NCBI GenBank assembly: GCA_009914755.4
Contig: CP086569.2
Location: forward strand, 21,792,001-21,856,000
DNA length: 64,000 bases
DNA from: the human T2T-CHM13v2.0 reference genome, Homo sapiens
Reading direction: 5' to 3'
This document shows, piece by piece, positions 19,379 to 44,580 of the stretch (the first letter of the stretch is position 1; every line of letters starts with the position of its first letter). A model generated the notes under the pieces. The model saw only the letters and a program-made list of their open reading frames with translations, was not told the DNA's origin and did no database searches. Made by a program: the position numbers and the translations under genes.

Positions 19379-19675
19379 GGTCAGGTGCGGTGGCACACAC
19401 CTGTAATCCCAGCACTTTGGGAGGCGGAGATGAATGGGTCACTTGAAGTAGTCATTGAAGACCAGCCTGGCCAACAAGGAGAAACCCCATCTTTATTAAA
19501 AATACAAAAATGAACCAGACATGGTAGTACACATCTGTACTCCTAGCTACTCAGAAGGATGAAGCCAGAGAAGTACTTGTACTCAGGAGGCAGAGATTGC
19601 AGTGAGCTGATGTTGCACCACCGCACTCCAGCCTGTGTGACAGAGTGAGGCCCTGTCTCAAAACAAAACAAAACA
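19379..19675 (+). mobile_element. Alu SINE (plus).
   Basis: 'ggtcaggtgcggtggcacacacctgtaatcccagcactttgggaggcggag...ctccagcctgtgtgacagagtgaggccctgtctcaaaacaaaacaaaac'. Confidence 0.9.
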
Positions 19676-19881
19676 TTTAAAAATGCATAAAGGCAACATC
19701 AAGTAAAAAGAGAGGTAGGCAGAAGTCAAATATAGAGTTTTTTAAATGTTTTTGTTTGTTTTTAGTGTAATCAAAGGTAAGGTATTGGTTTAAAATAAGT
19801 TGTTGTACCTATGTGATTTTTTTTAAGCCTCAGGGTAACCACGAAGCAAAAACCTTTAATAAATGCACTAAAAAGAAAGAC

Positions 19882-20189
19882 GAGGCAGGGCGCATGGATC
19901 ACGCCTGTAATCCCAGCACTTTGGGAGGCTGAGGCGGGCAGATCATGAGGTCAGGAGATCGAGACCATCCTGAACAACGTGGTGATACCCCGTCTCTACT
20001 AAAAATACAAAAAAATTAGCCAGGCATGGTGTTGGGCACCTGTAGTCCCAGCTACTCATGAGCCTGAGGCAGGAGAATGGCGTGGACCCAGGAGGTGGAG
20101 CTTGCAGTGAACCGAGATTGCGCCACTGCACTCCAACCTGGGTGACAGAGTGAGACTCTGTTTCAAAAAAAAAAAAAAAAAAAAAAAAA
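19882..20189 (+). mobile_element. AluY-like SINE (plus) with a long poly-A tail.
   Basis: 'ggcagggcgcatggatcacgcctgtaatcccagcactttgggaggctgaggcgggcagatcatgaggtcaggagatcgagaccatcctg' carries the AluY-type 'ggtcaggagatcgagaccatcc'. It ends in an (A)~28 tail. Confidence 0.9.
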
Positions 20190-21035
20190 GGAAATGAAAG
20201 ACACGCAAATTAAAAATACTACCAAAAAATCACTTAGCCACAAAAGAAAAAAAGGAAGAGAGCCATAGCAAAACAATCAGAAAAGAAGTAACAAAATGGC
20301 AGTAGTTAGTTCATACCTGTCATACCTATGGCAGTAGTTAGTTCATACCTATCATACCTATCACTGATTGTGAAAGAATTGATTCACTCCAGAAAAGATA
20401 CAGTGGTTGAAAAAGAACACAGATATGTACTGCTTACAAGAAACCCTTTGACTTATGAAGATATGCATAGGATAAAATTACAGAGATGGAAAAAGATATT
20501 CCACAAAATTAAAAAACTTAAACGGAGCAGGAGTAGCTACGCTTATTTCTGATAAAAAAAATTCTACAAATCACAGACTGTAAAAAGAGAAAAAGAAGGC
20601 CACTACATAATAATAAATGGATCTATGCAGTAAGATGATATAACAGTAGGAAATATTTAGCACCCAAATAAAGCAAACATTAGTAGATCTAAAGAGGGAA
20701 ACAGACTACAAGCAAATATTGGTGGATAACTTCAGTACCTCATTGTCAGTAATGGACAGGAAGACCATTAAGGAAACATCAACAAAGACCTATTCGATTT
20801 AAGCCACACACTAGACCAAATGGTCTTAGCTGACATTTACAGAACATTTTACATGACTGTTGCAGAACACACAGTTTTCTCATCAGCATTTGAATAGACC
20901 ATATGTTAGGCTGACAAATAAAGACTCAACAGATTTTTTAAAACTTGGAACCATTTTCATTGATTTTCTAACTACAATGGAAGAAAACTGGGAGTCAATA
21001 ACAAGTCAAACTTAGAAACTAGACAAACGTGGACT
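20190..21035 (+). mobile_element. Older L1 continued: ORF2 endonuclease domain. Truncated at 21036 by a minus-strand L1PA.
   Basis: ORF 20328..20552 'SLIVKELIHSRKDTVVEKEHRYVLLTRNPLTYEDMHRIKLQRWKKIFHKIKKLKRS' parallels 'SLNVNGLNSPIKRHR.AEWIKKQDP.ICCLQETHL...DT.RLKVKGWKKIFHANG'. Downstream 'LADIYRTFYMTVAEHTVFSSAFE' matches 'L.DIYRTFHP..AEYTFFSSAHG'. Confidence 0.65.
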
Positions 21036-27168
<6,133 letters not shown>

Positions 27169-27348
27169 TTAATTATTTTATTACCTTAATTAAATATTAA
27201 TTAATAATATTTTTATTACCTTAAATATTTATTATCATTTTTGTTGCAATAAAGCTTAACATCTACTTTCTTTTCTTTTTTGATTAATATTATTGCTCAT
27301 TAACTATAGTTACTATGCTTTACAACTGATCTCTTGGACTTACTTCTC

Positions 27349-33397
<6,049 letters not shown>

Positions 33398-33825
33398 CTC
33401 TGTTCTATTGTGTTTTTGAACCCTTAATATTGGGTGTTGAAAGGGTTGTTTCAGGGTTTGAGGATTCCCTGCATTTTTAGGTTATTAATAGTGGCTTCTA
33501 GTCCTTTCCCAGCCTCTGACTTTAGGGGACATTTTCTCTGGTTAGAAAAAGAAGTGGGATCCTTAGGATGAATCCAGACTGGTCTAGGACTGATAGCATG
33601 GCCTATTCTTCCTTGAGTTGTCCACACTTCTGGAATAATATTAATTTCCACCAGGGGAAGACAAAGAGTTTGTCCTGGAGCCATAACAATGCTGGCCCCT
33701 ATGCAAGCTAAAATATATCTTCTTAATAAAGTAATAAGACTTTCAGATAATATTAAGGAGGCATGTATAAATAATATGTCCCCCAACTACAACTAAGCAT
33801 TTGAGAAAAAATATTGTGTTAGAAC

Positions 33826-34013
33826 TTTCTTGAGACACCCATCATGATCATGGGAAGAGGAAAGGCCTGGATTGGATAAAAGAAGACAGAGACTGATTTC
33901 AGTGTCCAGAAGAAGGTCCACCGTCCTTACTTCAACTTTGAGAAACCCCCAGGACTCCTGAGCAGTAAAGGCATATTCAACTGCAGGAGCCAATGTATGA
34001 GCCCTGAGACTCA
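33826..34013. repeat. Copy 1 of a ~188-bp direct repeat. Possible LTR or dispersed-repeat core.
   Basis: 'tttcttgagacacccatcatgatcatgggaagaggaaaggcctggattggataaaagaagacagagactgatttcagtgtccagaagaaggtccacc...gagccctgagactca' recurs at 35586-35773 with ~95% identity. Confidence 0.8.
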
Positions 34014-35358
34014 TCAGTCCTGCTGAGCCACCTGTGAGAACAGTTCTCAACCATGTAACCTGCATTTCCAGGCGCAGTCCGATCTTCAATGGTCCCCAGG
34101 GCCAATGTGGCTTCTTCTTGATGTCTGGGAAATTCTTTTAAAATTGCTGTGACTTGCCACATTAATAGCAATGAACAGGTGGACCTTGAGGATCCTGGAC
34201 TTTGCAAACCTGAAAAGCAGCCATTAGAACCTTGTCCTTCTCTTTCACTTCCTATCTTTCTTCTGGGCCTCCTCCTGGCCCCTAGTATGAAAGACTAAGG
34301 TGGCCACCCTCAGGAGGTTTTCTAAGCTTTTACCTCATTTCTATATCCTGCTTCTTCAGTTTCTTTCTAGTGTCAGGAGCTGCCTGTGTCATAAACTTTT
34401 TCTTTACGATTAACTGTCCCTCAACTGAATCAGGGAATAAGGAGGTGTGTTTTATTAGTTTCCCTTACAGCCTTTCCATCAAGTCTGAGGAATTATTATC
34501 TGGCTTTTGGTCTACCATGGAAAGTTTAGAATAATTAAGAGATTGAGCCGTAGTTCTAAGCAGGCCCTCTAATATGCACTTTACAAAAGTATTTTCTTTT
34601 CCATTTATCTGTGGGTTCATTTCCTTTACTATTGGGAATGACGATTTTTTCTATTGCTTTGCCTCCTCTGTCTCTTTTTTTCCTTTCTGGCCTACTATAG
34701 GAGACATATTGCTTATCTCTGAATTTCTCTGTTACCTGCAGTGCTGCCTGTTTTTCATCAGTGGTTAGGGTTTTCCTTAGGAGCAGCATAACATCACTTC
34801 ATGTCAGGTCAAACATTTAGTTAAATTTTGGAAAACTTTTATATTCCCTATTGGGGTCATCAGAAAATCAACCCAAGTCTCCCTTTATTTGCCCAAGGTT
34901 CTGCAATGAGAAAAAAACTTGAACTCTATGGGCATCAATTCTGTTGGTCATTTTCTGTAGGTGTAAGAGCAAAGCTGAGATAGTGGAAAATTTTGGAGAT
35001 GTTGTACCAAAATGTGTTGATGGAGTTGTTGGTGGGTGCCCTAAATAAGGGGGACAAAAAGAGCCAGGACACCCAATAGCTGTCTCAGATGATTCCCACA
35101 AAATTTATTTCTTAAGTGTTGGGGAACTATTCCCTTTGAGGCTTCCCTTTAAAGACTGCTAAGAGAACTGGGTTGATTGTGCAACACTTACGTGGTTCTG
35201 GGCTTTCTCATAGGGCAAAGAAAGCCTGTACATAGAGAAACTGAGATCATTTGTTCTCCCCTCTACATAAAAGATCTGATTGTTGGATAATATTAAAATC
35301 AAGCCTTCCTTCAAAAGATGAGATCCATTCAATATAGTAAGAAGACCACATTCTTATG

Positions 35359-35362
<4 letters not shown>

Positions 35363-35423
<61 letters not shown>
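35363..35423. repeat. (TA)n dinucleotide microsatellite, ~30 units.
   Basis: An uninterrupted 'atatatat...' run of ~60 bp. Confidence 0.97.
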
Positions 35424-35425
<2 letters not shown>

Positions 35426-35585
35426 TGCTTTTTCTTCAAAGTCTCAGGGTCAAAGGAGTACCAGTGCTTCAGAAAGCACTTCAAGCAGGCTGAAGACAGA
35501 TAGAGAGATAGGGGAACAAGGATTAATTCAGCCCCATCCTTCCTTCGGAATGACCCATGGTGGAAATTTCCTACCTACTGGGAGT

Positions 35586-35773
35586 TTCTTGAGACACCCA
35601 TCATGATCATGGGAAGAGGAAAGGCCTGGATTGGATAAAAGAAGACAGAGACTGATTTCAGTGTCCAGAAGAAGGTCCACCCTCCTTACTTCAACTTTGA
35701 GAAACCCCTAGGACTCCTGAGCAGTAATGGTAGTTTCAACAGCAGGAGCCAGTGGTTTGAGCCCTGAGACTCA
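35586..35773. repeat. Copy 2 of the ~188-bp direct repeat, 1760 bp downstream of copy 1.
   Basis: Near-identical to 33826-34013. Weaker similarity continues ~150 bp to the right of both copies (both contain 'ttaaaattgc' and 'ggatc(c)tgga...aaaagc'). Confidence 0.8.
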
Positions 35774-37130
35774 AATGGGAGTTTCGTACATACTGTTTTC
35801 CCTCCCTGGTTTCTTGGACTCCAACATCTGTTAAAATTGCAGCCTATGGATTTAGCCATGACTCTAATCCAAGGATCTGGAAAAGCTAGGTGGTGATAAT
35901 AGTCGTGCTTACCCACAGAGAACCTGAGAACCTTAGTCATCTGCTGGTGATTTCTGTTTGACTTCCTAGATTTGTATCATCTGTGTGGCTTCACAATAGA
36001 TGTATTTTGGAAATAATATGTATCCTTTGCACTTGATCAAGGCCCCTTAACAGATGAAGTGTACTGGGTTGAGCTCTATATTCTGCTGTTATGTCCCAGA
36101 CTACAGTATGCATTCTTAAGCAGTGGTTTTGGTTAACCTCTAGACCTACAATCCTTTACTATTTAAGTACCATTCTAATTGAGAGGCAAAATAGGTGTCT
36201 TAAAACAACACAGGGACTGAATGGCTGTTTTCTTGCTGATGTGATAATATTGGGTTAAAATTTGCTTTCAGAGGATATTTTCCTCCTCATTATTGAGTTT
36301 TCCCATTCACAGAAGTGGCATGAAGGCTGATCTCTAGTAGAGACACACAAAATGGAAGGAGAATTGGGGCACTAGAGGTTTTCGGCAAAAAACCAATAAG
36401 GTTCCTCATGGAGAGACTTTTCATTCCACTAAGTGGCCCTGTAGACCTTGAAATACCAGGCAGTAACTTTATTTCCATGTGTTCTCCAGACAAAAGGTAA
36501 AAAGAGGAGGATGTTCACTGGGTGTAAAATCTTCTGTTTCTAGAAAAATCACAAAAAATTCTATTCCTTGAGTTACGTTTCCACTTACTATGGCACTTGA
36601 TGATCCTGCTTATTTCCCTGAGCTGTAAGAACTCAAAAAACATTGCATATGAAGAGGTGTTAGAAAACATAATGACCATAAAAGGAAAGAAGAAAATTGC
36701 GATAAAAAAAAAGTTTGAAGATCATGTTGTTGACAATCAATGGGCTACTGGGCACTGGAGTTAGTGCAGAAGGCTTCAGGTAACAATGGGGTATGACCTC
36801 AGCCAGAGACCTTCAGTTGCCTCAGGAGCTCTTCCAGCCCCATGGAATGGCTTTGCTCTCTGTGAAAGGAAACTAGCTGGTAACAGAGCCAACATTCTCA
36901 GCATCCTAAGGGCCCTGGGGGATTAGCTAAATGCTCTGAGGCAGATAAGCCTCCACAATGAAGAAGTTTTGTCAAACAACCTGAAGAACCTGAAGTTATT
37001 GGTCTCCTGGCCACAGAGATCAAGGATACAGACACACAAAAGTTGAAGTTAACTGCAGAAATCTAATAGGTTAAAGAAAAAAGAATAGCTGTCTGCTACA
37101 GAGAGGGGTTTTGGATAAATAAGTTGATGA

Positions 37131-37457
<327 letters not shown>

Positions 37458-38946
37458 AAATGCAGTGGTTTTTTATACATGAGTCAGAGAGTAGGCAGTG
37501 TCTGATCAACATAGAGCATAAAAAATTGGTTAGGATCAGATATGTTATCTGCATAGGGTGTGAGTCTCTGGAAGTCCACAACCCCAGTCTTTTGTTATGC
37601 AGACAAGTAGCTACTCCATGTTGCTCATTTCTTCCTTCTTGTACATGTGCTAACAAAAAAGTAAGCATTGCTATGTACTTTATTTATTAATTTATTAACT
37701 ATTTCTGAGTGCTTATCCTGAGTGCCCAACAGACATGTAGGGTAAGCACCTAAACCTGGGCAGTAAATTACATACCTTATATTTCTCTCTCCCACAACCA
37801 CATCTTGAGTCTTTTAATCAGTGTGTTAAGATTCAGTAACCTACTAGACAAACCAGTTTCTAAATATATTAAAAGTAAAGAGAAAGTAACAGAGAATTAC
37901 ATTTTCTCTCAACAAAGCCATGCTTGCAATCCTATTGTTTCACTGCAGATGAAAATGTCCTATTTCAAGTGTCAGAAGCTGAATATTAATTTTTTCCATT
38001 TATAGGTACAGTCTTGTTGCTGTGACAATCCTAATGCCCTCTGCAGTAGACAGATGACTTGGGCTAACTAGCAACATTAAGTACGAGAAGGAAAAGGAGA
38101 AAAGTGCTTTTATATGCTTCAAAAATATTATTCCAAATATAGATACCTCTTCTGTTATATGAGAGCAGAGAGAACATTGCACAGCTCCTCTCCTGGCTTG
38201 GAAGGTCAACATTACAATATTACTTTATTCCACAGTCCTGAGGTATTAATCTAAAATTATACCTCATGATCAAATTAATGTGTAGTTCTAATTAATATGT
38301 GTTAAGGAAGAGTATAATGCCTGAGTAACAGAGCCACTTATATTATGTTATTTAAAAATAGAACACCCACATCTTGACAGTGCTTTGCCTTCAAATAAGA
38401 CAACCAGTTTTATTTGTGGCAGTTGTAATTTAAAAGTGTGTTTTGAGGCCTGGGCACACCATGGAGAACAGATCTGTCAACAGTTTCTTAACATGAAATA
38501 AACACAGATTTACAAATTATTTTGTTATGGAGAATAATACAAGGAGGACACAATTTACATGAGAGCTCAGGAATTCCCTTTTGGGAAAAGTGGCATTTGA
38601 TCACATACCTGAAGACTTAGTAGAATTAGGACTGGGAAAAATGGGGCAAGATGTTCCACAATCAGAGGAAATAAATATTGTACCATCCTGTAATAAAACA
38701 ATGGTCAGTGAGGCAATAATAAAATTAAAGTTAAAAGGCAGGCAGGGGGTCTCATGATGCTGACCCATGTGAGCCAAGGAGTAGGGTTTGGATTTTATTC
38801 TAATGCAGCACAAAACTGCTGAAGGATTTTAAGTATAAAAGCAACATGAATACTCTTCTCCGTACATTTTTGCCTGTCTTTCAGATAGTATCTTTAGGAT
38901 AGGTTTTTAATCATAGACTTATGTTGTCAATGACATAGATTTTTGT

Positions 38947-39212
38947 AAGCCTCTTGGTATGTATTTTGAAAGATTTAATATCCATCCAGTTTCCTAACAA
39001 CAGTGTATAAGAGTGTTCATTTTGCTTTCAACAGCATTATCACTAGAAAAGTATTCTGTCATTTGGGAAAAAACAATGTTATACTATTTTAATGCATCAT
39101 TTTACTAGTAAATTTGAATATTTGTCAGTGTTTATTAATATTTTATATTTCTTCTTTTTGTAAATTATCCATGGCTTTCTTCTTTTTTGGGGGGAGAAAT
39201 ATTGACATTTAT
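38947..39212. repeat. Copy A of a ~270-bp local duplication.
   Basis: 'aagcctcttggtatgtattttgaaagatttaatatccatccagtttcctaacaacagtgtataagagtgttcattttgc...ttcttctttttgtaaattatccatggc' versus the copy at 39776-40046 ('aagcctcttggtatgcatttcaaaagagttaatatcaatccaatttcctaccagcattgtataagagtgttcatttttc...ttcttcttttgtaaattatcaatagcc'). Identity ~85%. Confidence 0.75.
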
Positions 39213-39775
39213 TTTTCTGATGTGAGATCTTTTTTTACATTTGAAGACTAGTACCCTAGTTCTTATTTCTTACATATATATTTTCTAGTTTGTTAATATT
39301 TTATTTTTAGTTATACAGTTTTTCTTACTTTACAAAGGTAACTACTTAATAAAAACCATTATCCACATTTAAAAATGCCATTACTATTACTTTAGAGAAA
39401 AGGTTATGTGTTTTTGAGTTCCCCTAAATGTGATACCAAGTCTCACTGAAATTAATCTGTTCATTTCATTCATTCACGTTAGTAATCATACCACAATATA
39501 ACACTTACTGTTCACTAAATTTTTTATATGATGTGCTGTTTATCTGCATTCCTGGGGCTTTTCCTTAGCTATTCTATACTGCCTCTTTTCCCTTACTATC
39601 TTAGACCCTTGCCTGTCTTCACAATCTACTAGATAAAACCATGTTATGACTTAGGGTATATGAAAATAACTACTTTGGTCTTCTGGACTGTCTCCCATCA
39701 AACTATTGGCCCCCAGGTGCACACCCTCATATTTATTCAGGTGAGGGACAAATGAAATATATCAAATTGTTTTAA

Positions 39776-40046
39776 AAGCCTCTTGGTATGCATTTCAAAA
39801 GAGTTAATATCAATCCAATTTCCTACCAGCATTGTATAAGAGTGTTCATTTTTCTAACCCTCAATAGCATTATTATTGGAAAAGAACTCTGACATTTGAA
39901 GAAAAGCAATGTTATGTCACTTTAAAGTGTATTTTTTATTACTAATAAATTTGAGTATTTATTAATTGTTCATATTTCTTCTTTTGTAAATTATCAATAG
40001 CCAGCCTTTGTGTTTTATGTGGGGAGGGACACTGGTACTTATCTTG
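39776..40046. repeat. Copy B of the ~270-bp local duplication, 829 bp downstream of copy A.
   Basis: See copy A. Both copies begin 'aagcctcttggtatg' and end near 'gggg(g)ag..a..t.g.a.tt'. Confidence 0.75.
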
Positions 40047-41215
40047 CTTGATAAATACAATCTCATTTGGAAAATAGATCAAAGGGTCATTCTAGGCAAA
40101 ATCAATAAGGAATTCAGGATAAGTTATTAAATGTTCTTTAGGTTGAGAGATGGCATCTGGGTATAATATGTGAAATGTTGTCAAAAATGTATAATTGGGG
40201 AGAAATGTAGAGTTACACAGCCATTTCTTTCCTAAAATGTAAGCTTCCTTTTATACAGATATGATGATGTCTTACAGGAGTGGCTGCTGTAAAATATAGA
40301 GAACCATGCAGTTCTCTGTTTTACAGATGAAGTAACAGATTTTTAAAGTTAATTAACTGAAAGTTCTTAATTGTTGGAACTCCTGGACCAACATTCAAAG
40401 CAGGTATGGCTTTCTTTTCTTCTGAAATTCTTTAACCGTTCTACTTAATTTTAATAAAGTGTGTTTATTTTTAAAATAAATTAAAATTATTTTGTGATGT
40501 TCTTTGAGATAACATTTTTTCAGGATCTGTCAGAATGAGGTCTGTGAATGATTTAAACTATTATATTTATGTGATTGGTGTTTATCATAGATAAACATTC
40601 CATTTCTAAATTCTAACTTAGTCTTAGAGACTTGCTATAAAAAGATATTGATAAATTGGATCATAATCCCAAAATTTCAACAAATCTCTATCTAATGATT
40701 TTCAGGTGGTGGGCATGTGCCAAAAAGCTCAATAGATACCTGAAACCTGGGATAGTACTTATTTACACTGTTTTCTCCTACACAACCTACAAACATGCCT
40801 ATAATAAAGTTTAATTTATAAGTGAGGCACAATGAGAGATTAGTAACACTAACAATAAAATAAAACTATACTGTACTGTAGTGTGGCCACTGGCACCTGA
40901 AACCAGTTTTAAATTCCTAGTCCAAGAGATGAGAGGACTCTGCTGACTGATTTTCTTTGACTCCCAGTAGGAAATGGTCACTAGGAAAAACAGGTGAATA
41001 TTATAAATGTATGCTGATTTTTGAGCCATTCTTAAACCATGGTTTAAAAAAATCATCACTAATTTGTTCTAGGATTACTCTCCATAAAAGATAACCTACC
41101 TTTCCTCATGCAAGTCTGCAGTGTTTTTGCCATGTTGATGATGAGTAGTCCTGTTCTCTTCCCAGTCCTGTTTTCACAGAGGTGAAAGGAGGAACTTAAT
41201 GTATCCCTATTGTAA

Positions 41216-41519
<304 letters not shown>

Positions 41520-41930
41520 AAAGCAAGTTTATTGGGAATGTAAAGGAATGTAAAAATGGCTACTCCATAGACAAAGCAGATCCAATGGCTGCTGGTTGCC
41601 CATTTTTTATGGTTATTTCTTGATTATATGCTAAACAAGGGGTGGATTATGTATGCCTCTGCTTTATAAGCCATATAGGAAAACAGCCTGATGTTTCCAT
41701 GGCATCTGTTAACTGTCATGGTGGTGGTTGGAGTTTAGCAATGAGGACAAACAGAAATCACTCCCATGGCTGTCTTGGTTCTGGTAAGATTTAGCCACCT
41801 TCTTTACTGCAACCTGTTTTATCAGCAAGGTCTTTATGACCAGTACTTTGTTCTGAATTCCTCTTTCATCTGTGACATAGAATGCCTTTATAATATGGAA
41901 ATGCAGCCTAGTAGGTCTCAGCCTCATTTT

Positions 41931-42802
41931 TTTTTTTAATGTTTTTTTTTTTGTTATTATACTCTAAGTTTTAGGGTACATGTGCACATTGTGCAGGTTA
42001 GTTACATATGTATACATGTGCCATGCTGGTGCGCTGCACCCACTAACGTGTCATCTAGCATTAGGTATATCTCCCAATGCTATCCCTCCCCCCTCCCCCG
42101 ACCCCACCACAGTCCCCAGAGTGTGATATTCCCCTTCCTGTGTCCATGTGATCTCATTGTTCAATTCCCACCTATGAGTGAGAATATGCAGTGTTTGGTT
42201 TTTTGTTCTTGCGATAGTTTACTGAGAATGATGGTTTCCAATTTCATCCATGTCCCTACAAAGGACATGAACTCATCATTTTTTATGGCTGCATAGTATT
42301 CCATGGTGTATATGTGCCACATTTTCTTAATCCAGTCTATCATTGTTGGACATTTGGGTTGGTTCCAAGTCTTTGCTATTGTGAATAGTGCCGCAATAAA
42401 CATACGTGTGCATGTGTCTTTATAGCAGCACGATTTATAGTCCTTTGGGTATATACCCAGTAATGGGATGGCTGGGTCAAATGGTATTTCTAGTTCTAGA
42501 TCCCTGAGGAATCGCCACACTGACTTCCACAATGGTTGAACTAGTTTACAGTCCCACCAACAGTGTAAAAGTGTTCCTATTTCTCCACATCCTCTCCAGC
42601 ACCTGTTGTTTCCTGACTTTTTAATGATTGCCATTCTAACTGGTGTGAGATCATATCTCATAGTGGTTTTGATTTGCATTTCTCTGATGGCCAGTGATGA
42701 TGAGCATTTCTTCATGTGTTTTTTGGCTGCATAAATGTCTTCTTTTGAGAAGTGTCTGTTCATGTCCTTCGCCCACTTTTTGATGGAGTTGTTTGTTTTT
42801 TT
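41931..42802 (-). mobile_element. 5'-truncated L1PA element (872 bp: 3'UTR plus ORF2 C-terminus), minus orientation. Perfect 12-bp target-site duplication 'cagcctcatttt' at 41919-41930 and 42803-42814.
   Basis: Poly-T plus 'ttattatactctaagttttagggtacatgtgcacattgtgcaggttagttacatatg'. Minus ORF 42161..42811 (216 aa, '[53 protein letters not shown]...') is an intact ORF2 C-terminus. L1 homology ends at '...gatggagttgtttgtttttttc' and is followed by the same 12-mer that precedes the poly-T. Confidence 0.92.
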
Positions 42803-44580
42803 CAGCCTCATTTTACTGAGCTCCTATTCTAGATGAATATGCTCTTGTTCACAGGCCTCTCACAGTATCTTTCTTTTTGATGATAGGATTTAAATGATGG
42901 TAGAATAACCTAAACAAAAGCATTCACACTTCTTAGACTTTCATATTCTGACTCCATGAGCATGGGGCAGGCACCAGGTTTACCCAGGGCTGAGTGGCAG
43001 CTGGCACCTGACAATGACCCTATCATACGTCAGGCTTATTATCAGCTCCTGGCTGCACCATGCTTGCACCTACGCAGCTTTAACATGTGTGACGTGCATG
43101 TGTGGAGACAGAGAAATATGCTGAAACAAATTTTAGATACAGGCAGGAAGGACAGTAGGTGGGGAAGGTCAGAGAAGCATGCACAGCTGGAGCAAAGGCT
43201 GCCACCAGCTGGCTCATGGCATACAAGTCTGGCCTCCAGCTCTGGAGCCCCTCATGGACTGCCTGGTTCAGGTGCCACTTTCCTGCCCAGTCACCAGCCA
43301 CAGGCACCTTTATTGATGAAATAAACTCTGTGGGTGAGTGGTCTTTGGTGGAGATCCAGTGGGGACTGTTGCCAACCCTTGCAACATTGCCATGTGAGTG
43401 TCTGTTGAGGCCTCCCTTGAACCCAATTTTCCTAACAGTGTTGCCCAACTTCCTGCCACTCCAGTACCAGAGGCACAGGTGCCACAGGGAGACACAGAAA
43501 GTGTGGGTGATGGGGTCCCACACCCTGCAGGCCATCACCCTGCATGTAGCACCTGGCACTCAACCTTCTTGCCTCCCTCACCCAGGCACCATCCTTCTGT
43601 TCTCTGAGATGGAGTATTACAAGCAAGCCTGGATCCTTTGGAGCCAAGCTGTTCATGGTGTCAGGGCAAGGGAAGCTGAAAAGGAAGAAGGAGACCAGCA
43701 AGGAGAAGAAAGAGATGGCCTAAGCATGCCCCCACTCACACCCATTGCCCACCAAAAGCCCAATGGGATCTTGCCAGAGGAAAGAAGGTAGTACCCTGGG
43801 GGCAGCAGGTGGTGGAGAAGTTGCTGGAGCATGTCTAAGAGTCAAACTTTCTAAAATTCTTGAAAAGATTTATTCTGAGTCAAATATGAATGAGCATGGC
43901 CTATGACACGGCCCTCAGGGGGTCCTGAGAACATGTACCCAGGATGTTTGGTGCAGTTTGGTTTTATTCATTTTAGAGGCATGAGACACCAAACAAATAT
44001 ATTTAAGAAATACATTTGTTTTGTTCAGAAAGTCAGGACAACTCAAAGCAGGGTTCAGGGAGATGCTTCCAGATTGTAGGTAAATTTACATATTTTCTGG
44101 TTGGCAATTTGTAGAGTTTATCTAAAGACCTGAGAACAGAAGAAAGAAAATGTTCAGATAAGATAAAAGGTTTTGGAAACCAAGGTTCTTTTGAAGTCTT
44201 ATAGTTGCTGCTCTGAGTGACAATATAAGGCAAATGTTTCCTATACAGATCTTTAAAAGGTGCTAGACCCTTAGTCTCTTAGTCTCTTTAGGATTGAGGG
44301 AGACTGGAAGAAAAATATCTAGTGATGTTAACAGAGATTAATTACAAATGCAAATTTTTCCCCACAAAGAACAGCATTGTAGGGCCATTTCAAGATATGG
44401 TGGAGAAACATCTTTGGGGTAAAATATATATATATATATATTTCTTTGTCACAAAATGTTTTGCCAAAGTCATATTGGAAAGTAAGTTACAATATGTTTG
44501 GTTAAATAAAATCTATCTCATGAAAATTTATAATTTTTAGGTCAAAACTCTCCAGACCTCTTATATAGGAATTTGGGCAA

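Noticed and set aside
20298-20362. A 32-bp tandem duplication 'ggcagtagttagttcatacct(g/a)tcatacctat' x2.
   Set aside because: Real, but it is just a small slippage or duplication inside the decayed ORF2 start of an ancient L1, with no further significance.
27169-27348. An AT-rich 180-bp spacer between two full-length L1s, with the internal direct repeat 'tattaccttaa(tt)aaatat' x2, considered as a shared target-site duplication or a recombination joint.
   Set aside because: No matching sequence is found at the far ends of either L1 (27349 poly-T side or the 33397 / 21036 sides). The repeat is short and of low complexity.
43159-43791. A 210-aa plus-strand ORF overlapping several ORFs on both strands (42956..43701).
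   Set aside because: Multiple overlapping ORFs in all frames on both strands indicate a locally GC-rich, stop-poor stretch rather than a coding gene. The peptide is low-complexity (P/L/S/A-rich), has no recognisable domain, and the local sequence shows no splice-site or Kozak context.
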